The notes beneath the pieces were generated by a model that worked only from the letters and a program-made list of their open reading frames with translations, searched no databases and was not told the DNA's origin. From an uncultured Lachnospiraceae bacterium (lineage in GTDB: Bacteria; Bacillota; Clostridia; Lachnospirales; Lachnospiraceae): DNA of 64,000 nt. The DNA is taken from NCBI GenBank assembly GCA_964572475.1, contig CAZNEZ010000006.1:6389-70388 (forward strand), in the 5' to 3' direction. A program made the position numbers and the translations under genes. Positions 10,221 through 19,268 of the stretch are shown here, one piece after another. Each line of letters begins with the position of its first letter. Within the stretch, counting starts at the first letter, position 1.

Positions 10221-11609
10221 TTGTTTGGAAAATATAGAATAATTAAGGTTATAGGAGAAGGAAGCAGTTGCACAGTCTATCTTGTTGAGTATATGATGTT
10301 AGGGGTTAAAAGGGCCATTAAGCAGGTAAAAAGGGGGCTCATTACAGAAGAGATTTTTTATCAGGAAGTCAATATTCTTAAGCGTCTTAAACATCAATTT
10401 ATTCCAATATTATATGATATAGAAAAAGATGATGAATTCTATTATATAGTTGAGGAATATCTACCGGGCGAATCTCTTGCCCAATTATTATCACATCAAA
10501 AACAGATAAGCCAAGAGGAAATAGTAACAATAGCATTACAGTTATGCAATATACTTGAGTATCTTTTGGAAGCCACAGAGATTCCGATTTTATACCTTGA
10601 TATACAACCGAACAACATTATTTATAAAGATGGCAGCATTTATTTGATTGATTTTGGATGTGCTAGTTTTGCAACCGATTTAGAAAACAAAAAGAATTAT
10701 TATGGAACGGTTGGATTTGCGTCGCCAGAACAGTATGAAGGTTCAATTCTAAAGGAAAGTTCTGATATATATAGTCTTGGAGCACTTATGTACTATTTAT
10801 GCGTAGGAAATAGAATTTTAAATATAAAAATTTTAGATTTTTCAGTACTTACGCATATAAGTGATTCATTTAAAAGAGTTATATGTCAATGTATGAATTA
10901 TCATATACATGAACGATATGAAACTATCTCAGAAGTTAAAGAACAGCTTATGCTGATTCAAAAAAATGAATTATCTTACATAACAGATAATGAATCTCAA
11001 AAGATATTGATTATAGGCACTAAAACCAGAGTTGGTACAACTCATTTCGCAATAGCACTTACATCATACTTGTCAAAAACAGGCGTAAATGCTGTTTATA
11101 TCGAAAAAAATAATAGTGGACATGTAATGAATATGGTTAGCAAACTTAATATGAATAGAAGAAGAGAAGGCTTTTATTATTTTAAGGATTGCAATATGGT
11201 ACCATTATATAACGATACCATAGCTATAGATATGTATGGATATACACAAGTAATTGATGGAGGGGTATATAATTCCTCTATAAATGTGGATAATTGCAAA
11301 ATATTTATAGTATCTGGTGCAAAACAATGGGAAGAGGATGGGTTAGAAGTGATACTACAGGATGTGAGTATCCGGTCAAATGCTCAGGTTATATATAATA
11401 TGGCTGATGAAAAACTAGTAAGAACAGAGAATGCAAGACATAAGGTGAACGGGATAAGAATGCCATATTGTTTTGATCCTTTTGAGGAGGATTACATTTT
11501 GAATAAGTTTTTCAATAATCTATTTGACAAAGAAATAAGGGGAAATCGGGTTGGCATTAAGAAGAAAATCAGACAGAAACTCAAAGGGAAAATTAAAAGA
11601 AATTCGTAA
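10221..11609 (+). CDS. Hanks-type Ser/Thr protein kinase fused to a degenerate MinD/ParA/TadZ-like domain
   Basis: Kinase motifs: GEGSSCTVY, RAIKQV, catalytic loop YLDIQPNN, IDFGCAS, GFASPEQ. The C-terminal ~200 aa has a deviant, Lys-less Walker A (ILIIGTKTRVGTTH). Start uncertain: the strong GGAGG at 10187-10191 is spaced for ATT 10197 or ATA 10200 rather than TTG 10221. Confidence 0.75.
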   Translation: MFGKYRIIKVIGEGSSCTVYLVEYMMLGVKRAIKQVKRGLITEEIFYQEVNILKRLKHQFIPILYDIEKDDEFYYIVEEYLPGESLAQLLSHQKQISQEEIVTIALQLCNILEYLLEATEIPILYLDIQPNNIIYKDGSIYLIDFGCASFATDLENKKNYYGTVGFASPEQYEGSILKESSDIYSLGALMYYLCVGNRILNIKILDFSVLTHISDSFKRVICQCMNYHIHERYETISEVKEQLMLIQKNELSYITDNESQKILIIGTKTRVGTTHFAIALTSYLSKTGVNAVYIEKNNSGHVMNMVSKLNMNRRREGFYYFKDCNMVPLYNDTIAIDMYGYTQVIDGGVYNSSINVDNCKIFIVSGAKQWEEDGLEVILQDVSIRSNAQVIYNMADEKLVRTENARHKVNGIRMPYCFDPFEEDYILNKFFNNLFDKEIRGNRVGIKKKIRQKLKGKIKRNS

Positions 11610-12207
11610 GAGAAGTTCAAAGGGTATACCCTTGGGAGAAAATGCTACAGGAATAATAGTAGTAGGAGAATGTGCGCAGACGGAAGATAGTAAAATGGTT
11701 TCCGTTTTACTTGCTAATTATTATGCAGGTTTTGTAAAAAAGAAAACAGCATATATTTCCCTTGCAAGTGTTAATGATTACATTTGCATAAGAGACTATT
11801 ATAGGTGCAATGAAACAAAAGGTGGTTTTGTGCTATATGATGTAATGTATAGTAATGGAACAGGAAAATCAGACATTGCAGACCTGGTTAGTAAGGGATA
11901 TGACATTATAATAATTAATGTGGGAAACAAATTTTTAAAATATCAAGATGAGATAAAAAGGTGCAGTTACAGAATTGTGTGTGGAAGAATTAACCCATTT
12001 GACAATAATTCTTTGTGCGAATTTATCAAAAGCCATACGGACGAAAAATGGACATATCTAGTTGAATGCTGGGAATCCTCAAGTATTAGGGCTTTTGAAA
12101 GGGAGTATGCGCTTACAATACATAATTTTGAATATAATATTAATCCATTTAGTATTAAAGCTGACACCATAAATTTTATTGAGGATATTATGTGTTGCGT
12201 TGATTAA
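11551..12207 (+). CDS. stand-alone degenerate SIMIBI (ParA/TadZ-like) domain protein, paralogous to the kinase C-terminus
   Basis: GIIVVGECAQTEDSKMVSVLLANYYAGFVKKKTAYISL ... YDIIIINVG has the same strand/loop/helix/strand order as the kinase C-domain but no P-loop. Only TTG 11551 (SD AAGGGG) lies upstream of the conserved first strand. Overlaps the kinase stop by 59 nt. Confidence 0.5.
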   Translation: MALRRKSDRNSKGKLKEIRKRSSKGIPLGENATGIIVVGECAQTEDSKMVSVLLANYYAGFVKKKTAYISLASVNDYICIRDYYRCNETKGGFVLYDVMYSNGTGKSDIADLVSKGYDIIIINVGNKFLKYQDEIKRCSYRIVCGRINPFDNNSLCEFIKSHTDEKWTYLVECWESSSIRAFEREYALTIHNFEYNINPFSIKADTINFIEDIMCCVD

Positions 12208-12223
12208 CGTAGAGGGAGTGTAA

Positions 12224-12826
12224 ATGATAAGGAGAAAACATAAGAAAATAATTTTGATAGTAAGTTTTTCTTGTACAATTATTGTTATTGGCATAATACT
12301 GTGTTACCTTACATGGTCAAAAAAAGATGAATTACCAGAATCTAAGTTAAATAGTAATATAGAGATTGAATTACCGAGTGCAGAGGTTAAAGCTGATATC
12401 ACGAATAATTCAGATAATATTCAAAGGTACGTTAGCTATAGTGAAATAAGTGGCATAGAATATCTAACAACAGACTCAATGTTTGATGTGCGTATATTAT
12501 TTCCAAATGGAGAAGACTATATTGTACTTAAGGAAAAAGAGGCTTATGAACTTATAGAAGGCAGGATTAAGCTAAGAGTTTCTGAAGTAGAAATACAGAA
12601 GATGTCAAGTGCAATAACGGACCTAATAGTATATCAAGGTAGTAAGATATATTTGTCAGAATATACGGGAAGTATAGCTACATCAGAAGCAGATTATCCA
12701 CCAAACTTTGATGTAATAAAGAGACTGGAATGGTCTCAAAATATATCAGACAGCCTAAAATTAGAAACGGATAGAAGCAGAAGGCAAGCACTAGAAGAAA
12801 ATCTTACAGACTTTTTTGGACTATGA
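12224..12826 (+). CDS. single-pass membrane protein (faint CpaB/RcpC-like ectodomain)
   Basis: KK-rich N-terminus followed by a TM helix (IILIVSFSCTIIVIGIILCYL), then a ~165-aa external domain. SD GGAG upstream. Family assignment is inference only. Confidence 0.5.
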   Translation: MIRRKHKKIILIVSFSCTIIVIGIILCYLTWSKKDELPESKLNSNIEIELPSAEVKADITNNSDNIQRYVSYSEISGIEYLTTDSMFDVRILFPNGEDYIVLKEKEAYELIEGRIKLRVSEVEIQKMSSAITDLIVYQGSKIYLSEYTGSIATSEADYPPNFDVIKRLEWSQNISDSLKLETDRSRRQALEENLTDFFGL

Positions 12827-12935
12827 ACAAAGAAACAAAAAGACAAAATAATCTGAGGTGTATAATAATATATCACGAACATGACCATACCCCATTGGCT
12901 GCTATACATCTCAGATATTATGATTGGAGATAAAA

Positions 12936-13172
12936 ATGCTTACTAAAAATGATAGAGAAGTATTAAAAAAGTACTTTGCGATAAGAAAAGAATTAAAAGA
13001 ATATGAAAAAAATGGTATACCAATCACTTACAATGGAAAGCTAATGAGCGCAAACTGTGTTGCAAAAATATGTGCTTTTAGTTGTAATGGACTAAGTATG
13101 CATAATACTATTTACGAAAGTGATAATATTCATTTTCGAGAAATAGAATACATGAATATAGGATATTGTTAG
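12936..13172 (+). CDS. small hypothetical protein (78 aa)
   Basis: ORF with SD GGAGA 6 nt before ATG 12936 (the track starts at TTG 12924). No motif recognised. Confidence 0.35.
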   Translation: MLTKNDREVLKKYFAIRKELKEYEKNGIPITYNGKLMSANCVAKICAFSCNGLSMHNTIYESDNIHFREIEYMNIGYC

Positions 13173-13362
13173 TAAAATAGGGTAGTGGCTAATTATGATT
13201 CCCTCAAAGCCGGAATATAATAGATGGTAAGATATCAGCTGCTACAGGGAGGGCGGGAATATATTGAGTATTCTCAAGTAACTTCTTGTTTGATTCGGCA
13301 TAATATGCTAAAATAAGTGCATTAATTACAAAAAGAAATGCATTGGGTTAGGAGATTAAGAA

Positions 13363-15096
13363 GTGAAGAGAAAAAGGAAGACAGGATTATTGTTATTGTC
13401 ATTATTTATAGCTGTTTCATTGGCTGGCTGCAGTATGGATGATTCTAATAAGGACAAAGAAGACCTGAAAAGTTATTACTCTATTACACAGAACAATCAG
13501 TGTGCAATAGTTATGGGCAATACAATTACTGAAGAATTGGGAATAATAAAAGACAGTAAGGTATATTTACCAGTTGATGTGGTGAATGAATATCTGAATA
13601 AAAAGTTTTACTATGACAGCGTAGAAAATATAATGCTGTATACAAATTCTACACAGACAATGAAAGTAGTACCTGAGACAACGGTATTTACGCTTGGCGA
13701 TAGCAGTACGGATGCTGGATATACAATATCGACAGTAGTAGAGGGCCAATTATATATTAATATTGAATTTGTTCAGAAGTATACTAATATGGAATATAAT
13801 CTGGTTACTAATCCTAACAGGGTTGTGATTACATACCAGTATAACATTCCATCCCAATATGCAGAATTAAGTAAAGATGCAGCAATACGAGTTAATAAAA
13901 GCAGATATGATAATATCCTGGAAGATGGAAGCCAAGGTCAAAAAGTCATTGTAATAGGTGAGGATAATGGATGGCAAAAGGTTAGAACACAATCTGGATT
14001 AATAGGATATATTGAATCAGATTCGTTGGATGAAATCAAGACAGAGACATTGTCAAGAGAGTTTAAAGAAGAAGTCTATAAGAGTATTTCCAAGGATTAC
14101 AAGATAGCACTTGCATGGCATCAGATGATATACGAAGGTGGTAATAGTTCATTTGAAGAGAAGACAGCTAATGCGAAGATTAATACGATATCTCCAACAT
14201 GGTTTACTTTAGATGGAAATAATGGAGAAATCAAGTCTATTGCAGATGCTTCGTATGTTAAAAAAGCGCATAATAAAGGTTGGGAAGTATGGGCACTTAT
14301 TGATGACTTTTCAAAGGATGAAGCAGGGAACCTTTATGTTTCTAGTGTATTATCCTCAACAACCACAAGGCAAAAGTTAGTATCTAACATTATGTCTGAA
14401 ATTTTAGATAATGATATTGATGGTATTAATATTGATTTTGAGAAGATTTCTAAGGCAAATGTCAAGAATTATCTTCAGTTTCTTAGAGAATTATCAGTTG
14501 AATGCAGAAAGAATGAGATAGTATTATCTGTAGATAATTATGTTCCGACTGCGTCTAACTCATATTATGACAGGGAAGAACAAGGTCAAATTGCTGATTA
14601 TGTAATAGTTATGGGATATGATGAACATTGGGCAGGATGCGGCTCGGCAGGTTCTAATGCTTCATTGCCATTTGTAACAAGTGGAGTAAAGGATACGGTT
14701 GCAGAGGTTGATTCTAAAAAGGTTATTAATGCCATGCCGTTTTATACAAGAGTGTGGATTGAGACACCAGAAGCTATGGCGGAAGAAGGCTCAACTATTA
14801 TAGAGGATTCTGTATATGGCAATTATGCATTGAGTAGTAAAACCGTTGGAATGACAGCGGCATCTGAAATGCTTAGTAGTCACGGAGTAACACCGACATG
14901 GGATCAGAGCATAGGACAGTACTACGGACAGTATGAAAGTGAAGGAAAAACATATAGAGTATGGGTTGAAGACACGAAATCTATTGGAGAAAAGATGAAA
15001 TTAGTATCAGAATATAACCTCGGTGGAATTGCAGCATGGAAGTTAGGACTTCAAGATGATGCTGTATGGAATGTAATATCTGAAGGATTGAAATAA
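13363..15096 (+). CDS. glycoside hydrolase family 18 lipoprotein with SH3b domain (YaaH/YdhD-type peptidoglycan hydrolase)
   Basis: Lipobox SLAGC. SH3b-like segment GQKVIVIGEDNGWQKVRTQSGLIGYIESD. GH18 catalytic motif DGINIDFE. GTG start with SD AGGAGA. Confidence 0.8.
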   Translation: MKRKRKTGLLLLSLFIAVSLAGCSMDDSNKDKEDLKSYYSITQNNQCAIVMGNTITEELGIIKDSKVYLPVDVVNEYLNKKFYYDSVENIMLYTNSTQTMKVVPETTVFTLGDSSTDAGYTISTVVEGQLYINIEFVQKYTNMEYNLVTNPNRVVITYQYNIPSQYAELSKDAAIRVNKSRYDNILEDGSQGQKVIVIGEDNGWQKVRTQSGLIGYIESDSLDEIKTETLSREFKEEVYKSISKDYKIALAWHQMIYEGGNSSFEEKTANAKINTISPTWFTLDGNNGEIKSIADASYVKKAHNKGWEVWALIDDFSKDEAGNLYVSSVLSSTTTRQKLVSNIMSEILDNDIDGINIDFEKISKANVKNYLQFLRELSVECRKNEIVLSVDNYVPTASNSYYDREEQGQIADYVIVMGYDEHWAGCGSAGSNASLPFVTSGVKDTVAEVDSKKVINAMPFYTRVWIETPEAMAEEGSTIIEDSVYGNYALSSKTVGMTAASEMLSSHGVTPTWDQSIGQYYGQYESEGKTYRVWVEDTKSIGEKMKLVSEYNLGGIAAWKLGLQDDAVWNVISEGLK

Positions 15097-15219
15097 AAAT
15101 AAGCGTCATGGCATGAATAAGATTGTCGTGGCGCTTATATGTATATTGAAAGAATTGTAGTACATAATCCGATTTGTTTGGCATAATATATAATGAATAT
15201 CTCTATATAAAGGTGCACA

Positions 15220-15945
15220 ATGATTAAAAATAAAATAGGAGAGATTATTAAGTTTACTACAGGAAGTAAAAGAAGAATTCTAGAGTTTGTAATGGGGATT
15301 TTGATGTTATCAGTGATATATGCATGTGCAATGCAGGCTAAAGATATTGCTACTATGAATGAGGAAAAAATACCCAAGATAGTGGTTATAGATGCTGGTC
15401 ATGGTGGGAATGATCCTGGTAAAGTTGGGATTAATGGTGCATTGGAAAAAGACATAAATCTTCAAATATCATTAAAAGTAAAAGATATACTGGAAAAACA
15501 AGATATTAGTGTTGTACTGACAAGGGAAGGCGATGAAGGGTTATATGATGAAAGTGATTCTAACAAAAAAATAGCAGATATGGTTAAAAGATGTGATATT
15601 ATAAATGGATCAGGAGCAGTAATAGCAGTTAGTATACATCAAAATAGTTATCATTCTGAAGGGGTTTCAGGTGCACAGGTATTTTATCATTCAAGTTCAA
15701 CGGAGGCAAAAAAACTGGCAGAAGGTATTCAATTAAGCCTAAAGGATAATGTTGATGAAGGAAATCAAAGACTGGCAAAAAGTAATAGTAGCTATTATTT
15801 ATTAATTCATTCACAATGTCCTATGGTTATTGTAGAATGCGGGTTTTTATCGAATTCTTCAGAGGCAGATATGCTGACTACAGATGAATATCAGAATAAA
15901 TTAGCTTACGCCATCAGTATGGGAATCATTTCATATGTAAATTAA
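15220..15945 (+). CDS. N-acetylmuramoyl-L-alanine amidase (Amidase_3), CwlD-like
   Basis: N-terminal TM helix, VVIDAGHGGNDPGKVG, SIHQNS, ECGFLSNSSEA. Its ~240-aa size and position next to the GH18 gene fit a CwlD-type cortex amidase. Confidence 0.8.
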   Translation: MIKNKIGEIIKFTTGSKRRILEFVMGILMLSVIYACAMQAKDIATMNEEKIPKIVVIDAGHGGNDPGKVGINGALEKDINLQISLKVKDILEKQDISVVLTREGDEGLYDESDSNKKIADMVKRCDIINGSGAVIAVSIHQNSYHSEGVSGAQVFYHSSSTEAKKLAEGIQLSLKDNVDEGNQRLAKSNSSYYLLIHSQCPMVIVECGFLSNSSEADMLTTDEYQNKLAYAISMGIISYVN

Positions 15946-15998
15946 TGTTTATATATACATAGTATTGTGGTATAATTATAGCTAATAAACTAAAAAAG

Positions 15999-17066
15999 AT
16001 GGTGTTAAAAGTGAAGACTATTATTAGTAAAATAAATCCAGAAAACATGGATATGGAACAGATGAAAAAAGCAGGTGAAATTATTAGGCAAGGCGGACTG
16101 GTTGGGTTTCCAACAGAGACTGTATATGGTCTTGGAGCTGATGGCCTTAATGATGAAGCAGCGGCTAAGATATATGCCGCAAAAGGAAGACCATCAGACA
16201 ATCCTCTAATTATCCATATAGCAGACAGAGATATGCTTAATGATCTGGTTGAAGGGGTTTCTGAAAAAGCAGAAATTCTCATGAAGACATTTTGGCCTGG
16301 ACCTATGACTTTGATTTTTGATAAAAGTAAAAAAGTTCCATATGGAACGACCGGTGGACTTGATACAGTTGCAATACGAATGCCTGTTCATCCAATTGCT
16401 CTTGAACTTATAAGACAGTCAGGAGTTGGAATTGCAGCTCCAAGTGCTAATATTTCAGGTAGACCAAGTCCTACAGAGGCACAGCACGTTATAGATGATA
16501 TGGATGGTAAAATAGAGATGATTATTGATGGAGGTAGTGTTTCAATAGGAGTCGAGTCAACGATTATTGATACTACCTGTGAACCTCCGATGATATTAAG
16601 ACCTGGCTATATAACGAGAGAGATGTTAGAGGAGGTTATTGGAGAAATAGAAGTTGACAAAGCGACAGTTGAGCCTCTTAGCGAATCTGTCAGGCCAAAG
16701 GCACCAGGTATGAAATATAGGCACTATGCTCCTAAGGCAGATCTTACAATGTATGAAGGCAAGACAGAATTAGTTGTTAAAATGATTAACAGCCATATTA
16801 TGAAGAGCCTTTCAGAAGGTAAAAAAGTTGGAGTTATCGCAACAGAGGAAACCAAAACGAGATATATAGGTGGTGAAGTTTTATCAATTGGCAGCAGAGA
16901 TGATGAAGAAAGTATTGCACGACATTTATATCATGTGTTAAGAGAATTTGATGACTTGAAAGTTGATGTAATATATAGTGAAGCATTTAACAGGCATGAC
17001 CTTGGACAGGCAATAATGAATCGTCTTGTTAAGGCAGCAGGATACAAAATAGTAAAATGTAATTAA
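15999..17066 (+). CDS. tsaC: L-threonylcarbamoyladenylate synthase (TsaC/Sua5, long form)
   Basis: YrdC-domain motif GGLVGFPTETVYGLGADG, SANISGRPSPT, plus a Sua5 C-terminal domain. Synteny matches B. subtilis ywlC-ywlE-ywlF. Confidence 0.9.
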   Translation: MVLKVKTIISKINPENMDMEQMKKAGEIIRQGGLVGFPTETVYGLGADGLNDEAAAKIYAAKGRPSDNPLIIHIADRDMLNDLVEGVSEKAEILMKTFWPGPMTLIFDKSKKVPYGTTGGLDTVAIRMPVHPIALELIRQSGVGIAAPSANISGRPSPTEAQHVIDDMDGKIEMIIDGGSVSIGVESTIIDTTCEPPMILRPGYITREMLEEVIGEIEVDKATVEPLSESVRPKAPGMKYRHYAPKADLTMYEGKTELVVKMINSHIMKSLSEGKKVGVIATEETKTRYIGGEVLSIGSRDDEESIARHLYHVLREFDDLKVDVIYSEAFNRHDLGQAIMNRLVKAAGYKIVKCN

Positions 17067-17114
17067 GCTAATGATTATAATGTTGCCGTAGTTAATACGG
17101 AGAATGGAGTTTTT

Positions 17115-17558
17115 ATGCTAAAGTTCGAGAAAGTAATATTTGTCAGCTTGAGTGACACGTGCAGAGGACCATTGGCAGCAACTATCATGAAAAGCTTGAT
17201 AGATGGAAGCGTTACGATTGATTCAAAAGGAATTGTGGTTCTGTTTCCTGAACCAGTTAATCCCAAAGCAGTAGCAATAGCAAGAAGTAAAGGACTATAT
17301 CTTGATGATCATACAGCAGAGGCATTAGTAGAAGAAGATTTTGATGATCATACATTGGTGTTGGTGATGGCTGAACAGCAGAAGAAAAAGATATATGATG
17401 ATTTTGCTACTGCTGTAAATGTATATACAATCAGAGAATTTGTAGGTGAAGCTGGTGATGTTGAGGCTCCTTATGGCAAAGAATTACCAGACTATGGAGT
17501 TGTATGTGAAGAACTAGAGAGATTGGTTGAAAAAGTCAGAGATAAGATAAATAATTGA
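17115..17558 (+). CDS. low-molecular-weight phosphatase (YwlE) homologue with degenerate active site
   Basis: Aligns with the LMW-PTP fold and synteny, but the CX5R loop reads VIFVSLSDTCRGP (nucleophile Cys replaced by Ser) and the DP general-acid loop reads GDVEAPYG (Asp replaced by Ala). Confidence 0.8.
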   Translation: MLKFEKVIFVSLSDTCRGPLAATIMKSLIDGSVTIDSKGIVVLFPEPVNPKAVAIARSKGLYLDDHTAEALVEEDFDDHTLVLVMAEQQKKKIYDDFATAVNVYTIREFVGEAGDVEAPYGKELPDYGVVCEELERLVEKVRDKINN

Positions 17559-17685
17559 TATATTGTGATAAAATGTTATATGTGATAGGTATATTATATG
17601 TATAATAAAAGTACTACAAGAATAATCATATGGTAAGATATACCATAGAGATTAGACATAAATTACATTTCAAGGAGGCAACATT

Positions 17686-18114
17686 ATGATAGCATTAGGG
17701 AGCGATCAGGGTGGATACGAATTAAAACAGGTTATAATAGGTTATTTGGAAAAAAAAGGATTAGAATTTAAGGATTATGGCAGCTATAATGAGGATTCTG
17801 TAGATTATCCAATATATGCGAAAAAAGTTGCGCATGCCGTGGCTGATGGTGAATGTGAAAAAGGAATTCTTATATGTGGAACAGGTATAGGAATATCAAT
17901 TACAGCTAATAAGATAAAAGGAATCAGGGCCGCTAACTGTACAGATGAATTTATGGCAGAAGCTACAAGATTACACAATGATGCTAATATTCTTGCACTT
18001 GGTGGAAGAGTAGTAGGAGATGGTCTTGCACTTAAGATTGTTGATACATTTTTGAATACAGAGTTCTCCAATGAAGAAAGACATATTAGGAGAATAAATG
18101 CAATAGAAGATTAG
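17686..18114 (+). CDS. rpiB: ribose-5-phosphate isomerase B
   Basis: MIALGSDQGGYELK, ICGTGIGISITANK, 142 aa. SD AGGAGG. Confidence 0.9.
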   Translation: MIALGSDQGGYELKQVIIGYLEKKGLEFKDYGSYNEDSVDYPIYAKKVAHAVADGECEKGILICGTGIGISITANKIKGIRAANCTDEFMAEATRLHNDANILALGGRVVGDGLALKIVDTFLNTEFSNEERHIRRINAIED

Positions 18115-18128
18115 GAGACATAAGAATT

Positions 18129-18614
18129 ATGACGACTAAAAGAAAAGATTACATTTCATGGGATGAATATTTTATGGGAGTTGCAACACTTGCCTCTATG
18201 AGATCAAAAGATCCTAATACTCAGGTGGGCGCATGCATTGTAAGTCAGGACAATAAGATATTATCAATGGGTTATAATGGATTTCCCAATGGCTGTTCGG
18301 ATGACGAATTTCCGTGGGCAAGAGAAGGAGAACCATTAGAGAACAAGTACTTTTATTCAACACATAGTGAATTGAATGCTATTCTCAATTATAGAGGTGG
18401 AAGTCTCGAAGGTTCTAAGATTTATGTTACTCTGTTTCCATGTAATGAGTGTGCGAAAGCAATAATTCAATCAGGAATTAAGAAAATAGTGTATAACTGT
18501 GACAAATATGGTGAATCTGATATGGTGAGGGCTTCTAAGAAGATGTTAGAGTCGGCTGGAGTAGAATACGCTAAGTATTTACCTACCAATCGGGAAATAA
18601 AGATTAATTTATAA
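18129..18614 (+). CDS. deoxycytidylate (dCMP) deaminase
   Basis: Zinc motifs HSELNAI and PCNECAK. N-terminus SWDEYFMGVA is typical of dCMP deaminase/ComEB. Confidence 0.9.
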   Translation: MTTKRKDYISWDEYFMGVATLASMRSKDPNTQVGACIVSQDNKILSMGYNGFPNGCSDDEFPWAREGEPLENKYFYSTHSELNAILNYRGGSLEGSKIYVTLFPCNECAKAIIQSGIKKIVYNCDKYGESDMVRASKKMLESAGVEYAKYLPTNREIKINL

Positions 18615-18639
18615 AATATTTACTAGAAAAAGGAGCAGA

Positions 18640-18882
18640 ATGAAGTATAATAGAGACGTGTATAAAAGTCTTATGATGATTACGCAATTAGGAATAAGTA
18701 TGATGACCCCCATTTTTTTGTGTGTATTGCTGGGAATTTTTCTAGATAAGAAATTTGGCACATCACTTACTGTAATACTGCTGTTTATAGGAATGCTTGC
18801 AGGCGGAAGGAATACTTATATGCTTGCAATGAAGTTTGTCGATAAGACGGAAAAGGAGAGCGAAGATGAAAAACACAAATAA
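18640..18882 (+). CDS. AtpZ/AtpI family protein (F0F1 operon leader membrane protein)
   Basis: 80 aa with two TM helices (ITQLGISMMTPIFLCVLLGIFLDKKFGT...). First gene of the atp operon. SD AGGAG. Confidence 0.7.
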   Translation: MKYNRDVYKSLMMITQLGISMMTPIFLCVLLGIFLDKKFGTSLTVILLFIGMLAGGRNTYMLAMKFVDKTEKESEDEKHK

Positions 18883-19264
18883 ACCAATGCTTTTTGACTT
18901 AATAATTGGAATAGGTCTCTATTGTATAGTTGGTATAGTGTTTATTCTCGCATTACCTATTCCAAAACTATATAACATGATAGGATTTGTTGTAGGTGTT
19001 ATTATGGCGATACTGATGATTGTTCATATGGCATCAGGCATTGAGACAACACTATCGCTTAATGAAGAAGATGCACTTAAGCACTCTAAGAAGTCATACC
19101 TGTTTAGAATTGTAATATTTTTAGCAGTATTTATTATAATGGGATTATTCTTTAGAGAGAGCCTTGTTGCAGCTCTTTTTGGCATTATGTCATTGAAGAT
19201 TTCGGCTTATATTCAGCCGTTAATCCATAAAGTTTCAAACAAAATCTATAGCAAAGGAAGGTGA
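18866..19264 (+). CDS. atpI: ATP synthase protein I
   Basis: 132-aa protein with four hydrophobic helices immediately upstream of atpB. ATG 18866 with SD AAGGAGAG is preferred to the listed upstream start at 18836. Confidence 0.6.
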   Translation: MKNTNKPMLFDLIIGIGLYCIVGIVFILALPIPKLYNMIGFVVGVIMAILMIVHMASGIETTLSLNEEDALKHSKKSYLFRIVIFLAVFIIMGLFFRESLVAALFGIMSLKISAYIQPLIHKVSNKIYSKGR

Positions 19265-19268
19265 TAAT

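Noticed and set aside
11551-11609. Programmed frameshift or broken fusion between the kinase ORF and the following degenerate ParA-like ORF (59-nt overlap in an A-rich, K/R-coding stretch)
   Set aside because: A TTG with an SD-like AAGGGG at suitable spacing can explain independent, translationally coupled initiation. I see no canonical slippery heptamer with a downstream structure.
13173-13362. Possible riboswitch in the 190-nt leader of the GH18 gene (G-rich AGGGAGGGCGGGA segment)
   Set aside because: I could not fold it into, or match it to, any riboswitch consensus I know. There is no terminator/antiterminator pair.
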